A DNA stretch of 64,000 nt from the IMG/VR virus record IMGVR_UViG_3300017917_001342, positions 372,001 to 436,000 of that record. One strand, given 5' to 3'. Position 1 is the stretch's first letter. Every line of letters begins with the position of its first letter. Shown piece by piece: positions 1-10,035 of this stretch. The notes under the pieces were generated by a model. The model saw only the letters and a program-made list of their open reading frames with translations, ran no database searches and was not told where the DNA came from. Both the position numbers and the translations under genes were made by a program.

Positions 1-345
1 ATTGCTGTAATAGTAATCAACTTCTTCATCATTTACTTTAAATCGTATCAAATGAGGAGTAGTATCAATTGGTACAATTAGTGTGCAACCTCTAGTAAAA
101 TCAGTGTGCCAGCCAGTTTCATGACCAGGTGGTACGTAGCTAAAACTATAGGTGGTAGAATCTAACAGACGATTTTTAATACGTATAGCTTCTATGCTAA
201 CTGGAAACACAATATCTCTATGTGTGCTGAAAAAGGTTTTACCTCTATCAGCAGTGTATTGCGGCCAATGTTTTATATCAGAAATGGTCTCGTATAAAAA
301 TTCTCTGTCATAATCAAGAGTTATCGGATAGATGTAGTCATCCAT
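1..345 (-). CDS. 2OG-Fe(II) oxygenase-like protein (truncated by window edge; absent from ORF track)
   Basis: Manual translation from ATG 345 is open to base 1: MDDYIYPITLDYDREFLYET...YVPPGHETGWHTDFTRGCTLIVPID, with an HxD motif. Overlaps the stop of the upstream gene. Confidence 0.55.
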   Translation of the reverse strand, partial: MDDYIYPITLDYDREFLYETISDIKHWPQYTADRGKTFFSTHRDIVFPVSIEAIRIKNRLLDSTTYSFSYVPPGHETGWHTDFTRGCTLIVPIDTTPHLIRFKVNDEEVDYYYSN

Positions 346-928
346 GTTTCATATTCTTTGTTAATGTTATATCTTCAACGCATTCCGGTGCATCGATTAT
401 CCATTTGATAACAGATGCAACATACTCTGTATTTAATTTAGGTTCATCTGGGTGCAATTTGTCAACGTATGGTGTATGCATATGTCCGAGGCTCATATAT
501 GTACACTTTATGTTAGGCGTTATAGTTGTTCTGTTATGATTGATAGTTTGACACAGTTGCTTTAATGCAATTTTTTCACTGCTGTAGCTTATGTATTTTA
601 ACCAAGGCTGTGCAGTATTAATGTGATCACTAATGCTGCCAATGCATATAACATGTCCAGACTTGTTGCTTTGTTCCCAATCAACATAGAGTTTGTGCAA
701 CAATCTAACTTGACTATAGTTGTTCATTTTTTCAGTATAGCAATTTAAAATCACCACGTCATAATGACATGCAATGTGACAGAATTTATCCATACCTTCG
801 TCAGTAGATAAATCATAGCCATTTGATCTACTAGCAAAACTGCTTTTTAGCAGTGTATTAATTCCAGCAGCAAGGCCGTACGATGGATTACCCGTTGTTA
901 GAATATGTGTTACTGGTTGTCCGGCCAT
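338..928 (-). CDS. Short-chain dehydrogenase/reductase-like protein
   Basis: N-terminal ILTTGNPSYGLAAG Rossmann-like motif, IGS, YSSEK (YxxxK). Paralog of 5398..5961. Confidence 0.7.
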   Translation of the reverse strand: MAGQPVTHILTTGNPSYGLAAGINTLLKSSFASRSNGYDLSTDEGMDKFCHIACHYDVVILNCYTEKMNNYSQVRLLHKLYVDWEQSNKSGHVICIGSISDHINTAQPWLKYISYSSEKIALKQLCQTINHNRTTITPNIKCTYMSLGHMHTPYVDKLHPDEPKLNTEYVASVIKWIIDAPECVEDITLTKNMKHG

Positions 929-1359
929 ATTGATAATCCTAACCTTTGACTAGAAATTTCACTTATATCATGTATTATGTCAACTTGTATACGATGCCAC
1001 GTATGCAGTGGTGCAGTTGCTTCGTAAACTATTTCGGTAGAGTCGTCATTGTACCAGCGAGTTCTCACATTGTCGCCACCAGTTAAAAACAAATAGTTGT
1101 AACAAAATGTTCTACCAACATCGCGATGAGGCGTTAGCTGCACACCGATTAATTGATAGTTTGCTTTGATTTTGAAGCTAAAATGCTGTTGCAAAAAATC
1201 ATGCAACTCGTCGCTTATAGCATGTGTAAAGTACCAATGATCGCCCGACGGATCATCGGAAAACATGTTTTTACCTTTGCGTATAATAGCAGGATCTGTT
1301 ATTGCAAGACCTTCTGGTATTTTTGGTAAATTTGGTTCTATTTGATAATATGGTAACAT
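910..1359 (-). CDS. 2OG-Fe(II)/cupin oxygenase-like protein
   Basis: LTPHRD (HxD) and distal WHRIQVDIIHDI histidine. Confidence 0.5.
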   Translation of the reverse strand: MLPYYQIEPNLPKIPEGLAITDPAIIRKGKNMFSDDPSGDHWYFTHAISDELHDFLQQHFSFKIKANYQLIGVQLTPHRDVGRTFCYNYLFLTGGDNVRTRWYNDDSTEIVYEATAPLHTWHRIQVDIIHDISEISSQRLGLSIWPDNQ

Positions 1360-1362
1360 TTA

Positions 1363-1842
1363 TTATCCTTGTAGTAAACGTTTTCTAGCATACCAACTAA
1401 GAGGCAAATTCAATGTTTTATAATCTTCGCCGGTTACTTTGCCTCTGCACTTGGGTGATCCGCACTTGCAAACTTCTATCGGATTCTTTTTGGTTAAGAA
1501 AAAAGTTCCGTAGTCTACTGTGATGAATTCGCCTTGTTGTATATCGCGCAATGCTCTAAATACAATTTGCCCATCTATATAGCAATTTGGATCACAACTG
1601 TGATTAACATATGCTTCGTATTCACTGCCAGCAGGCAAATCTAATACAAAGTCTTTATCAATCAGCAATCCTTTATACCAAGTGGTTTCTTGGTTGTTTA
1701 TTGCTATGCCGCCTGCAACAAATATCACATCGTCTTTATTAATTACAGAAGTTGCACATCTACACAAACCATGTACTGCACTTTCTTTTACTTCGGTATT
1801 TTTATTAATCCAAAAATAATGCATTAAATTTAGGATCCTCAA
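1363..1842 (-). CDS. SET-domain protein-lysine methyltransferase with post-SET Zn motif (start may be ATG 1824)
   Basis: SAVHGLC, YVNHSCDPNC, ITVDYG and CKCGSPKCRG are canonical SET and post-SET signatures. Confidence 0.85.
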   Translation of the reverse strand: MRILNLMHYFWINKNTEVKESAVHGLCRCATSVINKDDVIFVAGGIAINNQETTWYKGLLIDKDFVLDLPAGSEYEAYVNHSCDPNCYIDGQIVFRALRDIQQGEFITVDYGTFFLTKKNPIEVCKCGSPKCRGKVTGEDYKTLNLPLSWYARKRLLQG

Positions 1843-2575
1843 AGTTTGCTAATACTAGTATGTGGTAACGTGCATCGCCTGCTGTATTATTTACAGCATG
1901 GTTATGTTGTGTGTTTATTATCCATGCTTCATTAAAACCATAATGTTGAACATGCAATGTTTTATCCATGTATACTAACATAGATGCATGTTCAGATGTA
2001 ACCAATGGTATATGTAAGTATGCATGTGTGTATTTAGGTTCGTAATAATTGTGGCTGTGCCAATTGATTCGCTGATTGTTATCAACTCTAGATATCAATA
2101 CCCTATCGCACATTTCCCATGTAACAAACTGTTTTACAATGCTTACAATGTATGGAACTTTGTGATACAGGTCAGTTTTAACAAGATGTTCCGGTGGCAC
2201 TCGCCCGTCTACAATTAAATCTTGTTTACCAATGATTTCCATATAGTCTAGCGTTTCGCCAAAACCAAAATTACTGTCTTCTACAAAATTTCTTAAAAAT
2301 TTTGCACACCAATAGGTACTAATACCAGCGCCTCTACGTCCTTTTACATCGTTGTTGTATCCATGCCACGGTGTTGATTCAACAATGCTTAATTCTTGTT
2401 TAATGAGATCTTGATTAAAATCTAAGTTGTCTGCAACTTTATAGTGCGGCACGTAGAGTAATTTTTTAGCAACAGGTGATTCTGCACGGTCTGATGCACA
2501 GCGTGGACTACATGTGGGATCAAATGCAGGTGCATTTTCAATGTCTAACAAGTTTTTGTGCAAATTCAAGGACAC
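1805..2575 (-). CDS. Aspartyl/asparaginyl beta-hydroxylase-like oxygenase
   Basis: INWHSH...YLHIPL...AWIINTQHNHAVNN...RYHIL double-stranded beta-helix pattern. Start uncertain (GTG). Confidence 0.65.
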   Translation of the reverse strand: MSLNLHKNLLDIENAPAFDPTCSPRCASDRAESPVAKKLLYVPHYKVADNLDFNQDLIKQELSIVESTPWHGYNNDVKGRRGAGISTYWCAKFLRNFVEDSNFGFGETLDYMEIIGKQDLIVDGRVPPEHLVKTDLYHKVPYIVSIVKQFVTWEMCDRVLISRVDNNQRINWHSHNYYEPKYTHAYLHIPLVTSEHASMLVYMDKTLHVQHYGFNEAWIINTQHNHAVNNTAGDARYHILVLANFEDPKFNALFLD

Positions 2576-3107
2576 CGAGTTTCTCCAAATAAGGGTTTTC
2601 TAAATTAGGTAATTCATTCGCCGAATTAAAAATCATGTGTATTCTTGGGCTATGATCACCATTGACAAAATTGTGCAGTTCATGTGTATTTGTCCAATAC
2701 ACTTTACCCAATGGCATTCTAGCAATGTATGCTAAATCTGGAAATACCATGTATGCCATAAGAGAATTTGTTACAACTGGTATATGATATCTAGTATACA
2801 GATCAACATGTGTGCTGTAACATGCACGTTTGTCTAACCACATAAATCTGGCACTAGCTACAGGAAAATCCAAACTGGTTAGTATTTCTTTTATGTAAGT
2901 GCCTTCTAATTCTGGATGGAAGTTAACACATTGTTCTTCTCGTCTGGCTTTACCGTAGTGATCTACGTCACTGTGCCAAGATACATCAGTCGAATACTGC
3001 AAACATATTTGTGTGTTTTCCCATCCAACACGTTCTATGATATCCAATGATTCTGCTACAAATCTATCCGAATCAATGTCGGCAATTTCTTTGAATATGT
3101 TATTCAT
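2538..3107 (-). CDS. AspH-like 2OG-Fe(II) oxygenase (tandem paralog 1)
   Basis: CYSTHVD, RYHIPV, WTNTHELHNFVNG, RIHMIF. Confidence 0.65.
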   Translation of the reverse strand: MNNIFKEIADIDSDRFVAESLDIIERVGWENTQICLQYSTDVSWHSDVDHYGKARREEQCVNFHPELEGTYIKEILTSLDFPVASARFMWLDKRACYSTHVDLYTRYHIPVVTNSLMAYMVFPDLAYIARMPLGKVYWTNTHELHNFVNGDHSPRIHMIFNSANELPNLENPYLEKLGVLEFAQKLVRH

Positions 3108-3652
3108 TTGTACAGATACTCGTTGTCTAAATTCTTAGGTTCGTTTGCGTTGTTGAAAACAATGTGTATTCGATCTTCGAATGTACCATTGACAAAGTTA
3201 TGAAGTTCATGTGTATTTGTCCAATACAGCTTACCCGGATACATTCGTGCAGTTATGTCTTTATCAGGAAAAATCATAAATGTTTGTAATGGTTTAGTAA
3301 TTACAGGTATGTGATATCTAGTGTAGTAGTCCACATGCGTTGTGTAGCAGGTTTTTGCTGGCAGCTTCATTATTCTTGTATGTGCCACTGGAAAATCCAA
3401 GCTTTCCAAATATGTTTTAATGTATGTACCATCTAATGCAGAATGCCATTTAGTGTAGGTATATTCTTCGGAACTTATATGATGTTCCATGTTTGGTATA
3501 CCGTCGTGCCAACTGTTTTCTGTACTGTACTGCAATGCAATTTGATTGCTGTGATATGAAGTGAGTTTTAATATTTCACGCAGTTCACCTAAAATTAAAT
3601 CAACATCAACATCTGATCGCAACTCTTTAAACACATTTTCATTGCTATTCAT
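3104..3652 (-). CDS. AspH-like 2OG-Fe(II) oxygenase (tandem paralog 2)
   Basis: CYTTHVD, RYHIPV, WTNTHELHNFVNG (identical block to neighbour), RIHIVF. Confidence 0.65.
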   Translation of the reverse strand: MNSNENVFKELRSDVDVDLILGELREILKLTSYHSNQIALQYSTENSWHDGIPNMEHHISSEEYTYTKWHSALDGTYIKTYLESLDFPVAHTRIMKLPAKTCYTTHVDYYTRYHIPVITKPLQTFMIFPDKDITARMYPGKLYWTNTHELHNFVNGTFEDRIHIVFNNANEPKNLDNEYLYK

Positions 3653-4284
3653 AATCTACCAAATCCCCAAAATCTTTCTTCACACCACCAACATTTTCCA
3701 CAATGCCCCATTCCCGGGTCATCCCATTCATGGTTGATCCATTCACAACTTCTTGTAACAGTAAACAGGTCATCCATTAGGTTGTACTGTTTATATATAG
3801 CACATAAATCTTGTTTATCTAAATTTGTCCACGGCATATACCAATTGCCTTGTTTAGGTTGCCGTATTACTGTTGGATCGCGTTCGTGGTTTTCTAATGT
3901 TTCTAATGTGAATTTTTCAATTACATCAAATGGAGGATTTTTTGTTACACCGGTGTAAACCGTTGATACAATGTTGTTATCAAGAAATTCCATTGGTACT
4001 AGAAATAAATTCTGTTTTGTTTGCGCAGTGACATATGAAATGTGATGCGTTAAATTGTAATTCTTAGTTAACTCAGTGCATCTACTAATAACATTAACAG
4101 CAGCATGTGTATTTCTAATCAGTTTTTCTTGACTGGCTACAGAAAAAACATGCAGTGGTTGATCCGAATATTTTAACAGAAAATACAGCATCAGTGCGCT
4201 GTCTGCACCTCCACTCACACACACTCCCAGGTTACCAGGATATACGTTAAATTCCACATTGTTTGTTATAGAATATGTTTTCAT
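3649..4284 (-). CDS. QueC-like PP-loop ATPase
   Basis: VSGGADS PP-loop and C-terminal TRSCE...HCGKCWWCEER Zn motif. Confidence 0.75.
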   Translation of the reverse strand: MKTYSITNNVEFNVYPGNLGVCVSGGADSALMLYFLLKYSDQPLHVFSVASQEKLIRNTHAAVNVISRCTELTKNYNLTHHISYVTAQTKQNLFLVPMEFLDNNIVSTVYTGVTKNPPFDVIEKFTLETLENHERDPTVIRQPKQGNWYMPWTNLDKQDLCAIYKQYNLMDDLFTVTRSCEWINHEWDDPGMGHCGKCWWCEERFWGFGRL

Positions 4285-5420
4285 TTCGGTTTATATTTTG
4301 GTATTTTACTGTCAGCACTGCTAACACATGCATTAGTGATGCAAGGCATCGGAGTATCAAATAGTTTAAATCCAGTTTCTATGTACCCTAGAGGTTTATC
4401 GCAACAACTGTAGCTGCGTTTAATTGCACCATCTGGTTCTCTTATTATAATGCTTCTGTAACCACTTTCACAATTCCAGCCGTTAAACTGATTGAAATTA
4501 AAGGCATTAAATCGTTCAGCCTGATCCATATACCATTTTTTACCTGTGTTGTCTTCAAATTCAACTTGCATTAATTGTGGTACTGATGCATCGTCACCGT
4601 TTGATACACTCATAGTCTGCATACTGATTTTTGGCTTAGGCCTATTGACTTTGCTTTTGACCGCAGTGAAATCTCGTTGCGGCATACCATTGTGTAATAC
4701 TGCTAACTGCTCTGTAGTATACCCTTCCACTATCCGGCTTGCTGTAGGGTCGCTTTGAGCCTTCAGCGTGACGTTTATTCCTCGACTCAAGAAGTATTCT
4801 GTTTCTTTATACAGTACATCAAACCATTCTGGTACCATAACAGTGTTGATGGTTACCTGAACATCGTTTTCTTGTAGATAAACCAGTTTGTCTGCAAACT
4901 TCTCAGTATGCCCAACTAAGTCACCTTGTTTTATACCTTGTTCGCGATGCCAACTGGCAGTGACACTTACTCTGTGCAAATTGCGTGTTACATCTACATA
5001 TTTTTCGAACCAATTGAGACTTTGGCTTATGTTACTGGTCATATGCACACTTTGATAATTGCAATTATCAGTATCGGTTGCGTAGTGATTGAGAAGTTTC
5101 AAGTAGTCAGGATATACTGTAGGTTCGCCGCCGCTAAAACTAAAATGAAAACTGTTAAAACCACGTTCTCTACTTTGTCGTTTTATTTCATCAATTGTCA
5201 TACGATTTAATTCATATGGACGATAATCTTTTACATCACTTCGTGCATATGGCCAACAGTAACTACAGCGATAGTTGCAATAACGCCCTAACAGCCAGCT
5301 TACACAAAATATATCTCTATAGAGAAGGGTTCGTTGACCGAATTTAACTATGTCATTAAACGGTATTTTAGTGAAATCGTATTGACTCCATTCTACCTTA
5401 TTCTTTATACCATCTGTCAT
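4281..5420 (-). CDS. Radical SAM protein with C-terminal Cys-rich (twitch-like) region
   Basis: CNYRCSYC (CxxxCxxC), SGGEPT, and C-terminal CESG...SCC...C...C. Confidence 0.9.
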   Translation of the reverse strand: MTDGIKNKVEWSQYDFTKIPFNDIVKFGQRTLLYRDIFCVSWLLGRYCNYRCSYCWPYARSDVKDYRPYELNRMTIDEIKRQSRERGFNSFHFSFSGGEPTVYPDYLKLLNHYATDTDNCNYQSVHMTSNISQSLNWFEKYVDVTRNLHRVSVTASWHREQGIKQGDLVGHTEKFADKLVYLQENDVQVTINTVMVPEWFDVLYKETEYFLSRGINVTLKAQSDPTASRIVEGYTTEQLAVLHNGMPQRDFTAVKSKVNRPKPKISMQTMSVSNGDDASVPQLMQVEFEDNTGKKWYMDQAERFNAFNFNQFNGWNCESGYRSIIIREPDGAIKRSYSCCDKPLGYIETGFKLFDTPMPCITNACVSSADSKIPKYKPK

Positions 5421-5961
5421 CTTGCATCGGATCTATACTAATTTCATTAATGTTAATATGCTTCGGTTGATCTATTAACCATTTAATATAATGTGCAGCA
5501 GTGATAATGTCTAGACATTTACGATCCGGATGCTTAGATTGATTGTTTGTCAGTGTACCAAAACTGACATAACTGATTTTAGGATAAGTTGACCAAACAC
5601 TGCCTATTGATAGTGTATTACAATAATCCCTAAGTGCTTTCTTTTCTGCATTGTATAACCAAGGCTTGCTGTTGTTAACTTTATCAGTTGTGCTACCAAT
5701 ACAGATAATGTGCATCGTTGGATTTTTTTCAACTGCAACTTTAAATACTGCATCGAGTAATACTGTTTGATTGAATTTCCATAGTGCTGCACAATTTACA
5801 AACACATCATGCCCTGCTGCAATCAATGCAGCACGTTCTTGGTCGTCCTTTTTAGCTAGATCAAATCCAGATGACCTACTTAAAAATGTTGCATTGGGAA
5901 ATATACTTGCTATTTCTTTTGCCAAGCCGTAGTTGGGATTACCTGTAATACATACTCTCAT
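5398..5961 (-). CDS. Short-chain dehydrogenase/reductase-like protein
   Basis: RVCITGNPNYGLAKE, FVNCA, IGS, YNAEK (YxxxK). Confidence 0.7.
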   Translation of the reverse strand: MRVCITGNPNYGLAKEIASIFPNATFLSRSSGFDLAKKDDQERAALIAAGHDVFVNCAALWKFNQTVLLDAVFKVAVEKNPTMHIICIGSTTDKVNNSKPWLYNAEKKALRDYCNTLSIGSVWSTYPKISYVSFGTLTNNQSKHPDRKCLDIITAAHYIKWLIDQPKHININEISIDPMQDDRWYKE

Positions 5962-6680
5962 AATTTACCAAATGCATATAAACGTTCTAAGCAAAAGTAA
6001 CAGACACCGCAATGTGTCGGTGTGTCGGTATACATTTGCATATGATTTTCGCAAGACCAAGTAATGGGATAAAGGTCCTCAAGTAAGTTGTAATAGTTGT
6101 ACAGTTTAAAAACTGTTCGTTTATCAGAACGTGCAAAAGGCATGTAATAGGTTACATTGCCTAATTTTCCCACAGTTGAATACAACGGATAAGTTCTATT
6201 AACATCTCTTTCTGACAGCCATTTTTTGCATTCAACTTTATCATATTTGAAGTTGTCAGATTCAACCATTGCTTGAAGTTCATCTATCGGACAATTAATT
6301 GACAACCCGGTATAATTAGAATCAATTGAATGATTTTCTATAACCTCATGTTCCAAGTTATCTTGACCTATTGTGTATTCTTGTGAATTTGATTCAACTG
6401 AATTGTCGATGCGATGATTTAAATTACACGATTCGTAATGTTTAGCCGGATATTTTCCAGTTAATTTTCCAACTAACTCAATAACACCTTTGGCTTTGTT
6501 TACAGAATGTGGTCGTAATGCAGTATTCAATGTATAAGGGTATATGTTAACATCTGTGTAGTCTTTAAAAAAATTGCACAATGCATAATAAATGATACTG
6601 CTGTCTGGTCCCCCAGATAATCTTACTGCGATGTTTTTATCCAAAGGATCTACAGATATAACGTCGTCAATCATCGTCAT
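5958..6680 (-). CDS. QueC-like PP-loop ATPase
   Basis: LSGGPDS and TWSCE...HCGVCYFCLER. Confidence 0.75.
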   Translation of the reverse strand: MTMIDDVISVDPLDKNIAVRLSGGPDSSIIYYALCNFFKDYTDVNIYPYTLNTALRPHSVNKAKGVIELVGKLTGKYPAKHYESCNLNHRIDNSVESNSQEYTIGQDNLEHEVIENHSIDSNYTGLSINCPIDELQAMVESDNFKYDKVECKKWLSERDVNRTYPLYSTVGKLGNVTYYMPFARSDKRTVFKLYNYYNLLEDLYPITWSCENHMQMYTDTPTHCGVCYFCLERLYAFGKL

Positions 6681-8160
6681 TCTTTACACCTAATACGTTA
6701 TCATACCTGCGTAATTCTTTATCTATTATCCAACCAGAATAATCTGTGTTATTAAGTTTCATAATGAATTCGTTTATTTCTTTAAATCGTCTTGCTCTGA
6801 CTTGTAGAGTATTACCTTTATAATCCCAGTCAAAAATGTCAGTATATGAAGTAAGTTCATCTTTAACCAATTCCCAAATAGGATGATCTTCTGACAACAT
6901 CAACGTATTACCGAAACTCAAATACAATAATTTATTGCCCCATTCGTTGGTGTTATGAGCATATCCAGTATCATACAAGTGCTGTATGGTGTTTAATGTA
7001 TGTTGATGGTCTTCTTCAGTTTCAGTTGGATAACCTACTATCATCAACAGTGTGTGTTGTATTTTGTATTTTTGTAACATTTCAAAACACCACCACATGT
7101 CTTCATCAGTGAATTTTTTACCCATGTGATAACGAACATGTTGACTAAATGATTCTATACCTATATCTAATTCAACACACCCGCTGTCTACCATTAATTG
7201 ATAATCAGCTTCCGGTGACTGTGCTTTTGATCTAACTATCCATTGACTAGACCATTTAAAATCCGGATCTGTTTTTCTATATTCTTTTAATTCGTGCAGT
7301 AATTCTCTAAATGCTTTCATACTGCCGTTGATTAAACTGTCTGTAAATTTAAAGAAGTGTCTATTATACTTTTTACGTATTGCTATAATTTCTTCTGCTA
7401 TATGCTTGCCAGATCTAAATCTATACTCTGGCCATATTTGATAAACATTGCAGAATGTGCAGCGTTTTACACAACCACGACTACCAGTGATATACACAGG
7501 TCGATCATAGTCCATAATATGGTATTCATCCCAATTGATATCATCGTAATTTGGTATTTTAACAGAATTTAAATCCAATACTTGAACAGGTGTAAGAGTA
7601 TCAATACCTTTGTATGTAGTATTACCCTTTAGCAATTCAATAATTGCCTGTTCACCGTCACCACAGATATAATGGTCCATAAGACCAATTTCTTTAAACT
7701 TTTGAATGCCCCATTCTATTTGTGCACCGCCCCACACAATTTTAGTGTGCGGCAAATATTGTCTAATCAGCTGACTAAGTTTTACTGCAACTGATTGGCT
7801 GTATATTGATAGAATACTCAATCCTATCCATTTTGGATTCTTACGTTTAAAGAACCCTATCCATTCTAGAAAAACAGATTCGTTTTCTTTGTAAAATTCT
7901 TGAAATTCTCTGTTTAGTTCGAGAGAATCATTTTCTATTTCGTTGTGATGAGTTCTAAACAATGCATCATTATTGAAAAAATAATGTTCGTGTTTATTGA
8001 TCTTTTTTAGTGCATTAAAAAGCTTTATATTTAAATCTACAACCTCACATGTAAAACCTTCATCCATTAAATGAGATTTTAACAATGCAGGCCCAACAGT
8101 CGGTGCATCTGGATTTATTTTAGGTATTATACAGATAATAATATCTAGTTGATTATCCAT
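6667..8160 (-). CDS. Cobalamin-binding (class B-like) radical SAM protein
   Basis: N-terminal B12-binding-like domain (IGLS..., IVWGGA, ICGDGE), followed by SRGCVKRCTFC, FTDSLIN, GIESFS, MIVGYPTET. Confidence 0.85.
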   Translation of the reverse strand: MDNQLDIIICIIPKINPDAPTVGPALLKSHLMDEGFTCEVVDLNIKLFNALKKINKHEHYFFNNDALFRTHHNEIENDSLELNREFQEFYKENESVFLEWIGFFKRKNPKWIGLSILSIYSQSVAVKLSQLIRQYLPHTKIVWGGAQIEWGIQKFKEIGLMDHYICGDGEQAIIELLKGNTTYKGIDTLTPVQVLDLNSVKIPNYDDINWDEYHIMDYDRPVYITGSRGCVKRCTFCNVYQIWPEYRFRSGKHIAEEIIAIRKKYNRHFFKFTDSLINGSMKAFRELLHELKEYRKTDPDFKWSSQWIVRSKAQSPEADYQLMVDSGCVELDIGIESFSQHVRYHMGKKFTDEDMWWCFEMLQKYKIQHTLLMIVGYPTETEEDHQHTLNTIQHLYDTGYAHNTNEWGNKLLYLSFGNTLMLSEDHPIWELVKDELTSYTDIFDWDYKGNTLQVRARRFKEINEFIMKLNNTDYSGWIIDKELRRYDNVLGVKNDDD

Positions 8161-8884
8161 TAATTAAATTCCTGTCTACTAATAGATCTTCAACTGTACC
8201 TTCAAAGTTTATATGCAAACCAATTTTCCATTTTCCAACTAGCTTACCAGTTGAATGCAGATTATTACTGTTGAACAATATGAGATTTCCGGGTTTAAAC
8301 TCGTATGCTACACCAGTTAAACCCTTAAAATATGAGTGTTTATGATTATAATACTCTAAATAATTTGTGTAAAAATCCAAATCTATATCATCCGTTGTTT
8401 TATCATATACTCGCGGATCATTGAATGGTATTAGATTTGTTTTCTTGTTAAAATCAAAATCATAGTTTGCAATATTATCTGCTCTGTCCCCGTACCATGT
8501 TTGTCCAAACCCATTGTCTACCCACTGATCAAACACTACAAAATGCTGTGTAGCCTGCGGCTCATGCAGATATATAGGTATCAAGCAGTTGATTAGTTGA
8601 TATGGTTCTGCAGAATCAACATGTGTCGTATAGAGATTGGAATGTTTATAGATGTTACCACCTTGTCCTTTGTTACACACAAAGTATTTTGAAAGATATG
8701 GTTCTAGTACATCTCTTAGATGCGTCCAAGGCGCATTGATTTTTACCACATCTGGATTATTCGGTTTTTTAACATGTAATTCTGGATGTGTATCAAAAAA
8801 GTCTTTTATATAACTGCATACTTCAAGTGGTATGACATTTTCATACGCTAAATGACGCACTGTCATTTCATTCTCCATTAACAT
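8153..8884 (-). CDS. 2OG-Fe(II) oxygenase-like protein
   Basis: THVDS (HxD), CLIPI, GNLILFNSNNLHST. Confidence 0.6.
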   Translation of the reverse strand: MLMENEMTVRHLAYENVIPLEVCSYIKDFFDTHPELHVKKPNNPDVVKINAPWTHLRDVLEPYLSKYFVCNKGQGGNIYKHSNLYTTHVDSAEPYQLINCLIPIYLHEPQATQHFVVFDQWVDNGFGQTWYGDRADNIANYDFDFNKKTNLIPFNDPRVYDKTTDDIDLDFYTNYLEYYNHKHSYFKGLTGVAYEFKPGNLILFNSNNLHSTGKLVGKWKIGLHINFEGTVEDLLVDRNLING

Positions 8885-8889
8885 ATATT

Positions 8890-10035
8890 TTAATTATTCC
8901 AAGCTTTTAAAAAATTGCACAGTTCTAAATTGTAATCTTCTAATCTAGTATTATAATACCCATCCAGTTTTTTAGTGTAATATAAAAAATCTGACCAATG
9001 TTTTTCATTGTAGCTGTTTACATTCAAAAATGTAGATATAAGTCTATGTGCAGTTTCATTGTGTTTGTTTTTATCTAAGACCCATTGCACATAATCTTCT
9101 GGTGCATACAACAGTGATAGATGATAAGGATACCTAACAAAATCAACAGACATATGATATCCATGTTGTTCCATTAATACGTTTACTGTATTAGCAAGTG
9201 TGTTTGCATTTAACAGTGATACCACAGTGTGGAATGATGTCTGTACATTTTGAAAAATAGTTTCGTACATTTTAGTGTTGTTAAAAGTGTCTATATAAGA
9301 ACTACCGTAGCGTTGATAATCATTAGATAGATCAAATGCATCTAGACTCACGTGTATGTCTAGCATTTTAAATTTATTGAGTTTTTCTATGACTGCATAT
9401 GATGGTATAACTGTGCCATTGGTTGCAATTTCTATAGTTATCTGTGTTGGATCGGAGCGTTCTATTAGATAGTCAATGAACTTTACAAAGTTGGGAGTCA
9501 TAAAAGGTTCGCCGCCTAAAATTTTAACAAGTTCTAAATTGGATAGATCAGTGTTGTTAAATTTGCGAAAATTAGGTTCCAACTTTTTAAAAACTTCTTC
9601 ACCTAGAAACTCGTCTCTGTTCATCAATCGAGTGCTAAATTTACTGTCGCACATTTTACATTGTAAATTACAGATATTGTCTATAGACATTTCAATGTAT
9701 CGCAGTTTTTCAAACTGTGTAGTGCAATTGTTTTTATCTACGTGAGAAAATCTACCATTGATATATGTTCTAAGAGACGTTGCTGTACCGTCACCTTCTT
9801 GATCATAACATTTAGTACATCCAGGTGATTTTATACCCATTAACATATTCTGCCTTAAGGCAACCATGTTGGGAGTTTCCATTACAGCTAACCCCTGTTG
9901 TTCTAACTGGTCGAGTGTAATGTCTATGCGTGTTTCATCCTTTGGGTTTTGAAATCTACAACAGGGTTTTAAGCTGTTATCTGGTCGTACACATTGATGT
10001 ATCCACGGCAATACGCACCATGTATCATTGTTCAT
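8890..10035 (-). CDS. Radical SAM protein with N-terminal Cys-rich domain
   Basis: WCVLPW...PCC, CTKC, CNLQCKMC, ILGGEP, TNGT. Paralog of 14177..15523. Confidence 0.9.
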   Translation of the reverse strand: MNNDTWCVLPWIHQCVRPDNSLKPCCRFQNPKDETRIDITLDQLEQQGLAVMETPNMVALRQNMLMGIKSPGCTKCYDQEGDGTATSLRTYINGRFSHVDKNNCTTQFEKLRYIEMSIDNICNLQCKMCDSKFSTRLMNRDEFLGEEVFKKLEPNFRKFNNTDLSNLELVKILGGEPFMTPNFVKFIDYLIERSDPTQITIEIATNGTVIPSYAVIEKLNKFKMLDIHVSLDAFDLSNDYQRYGSSYIDTFNNTKMYETIFQNVQTSFHTVVSLLNANTLANTVNVLMEQHGYHMSVDFVRYPYHLSLLYAPEDYVQWVLDKNKHNETAHRLISTFLNVNSYNEKHWSDFLYYTKKLDGYYNTRLEDYNLELCNFLKAWNN

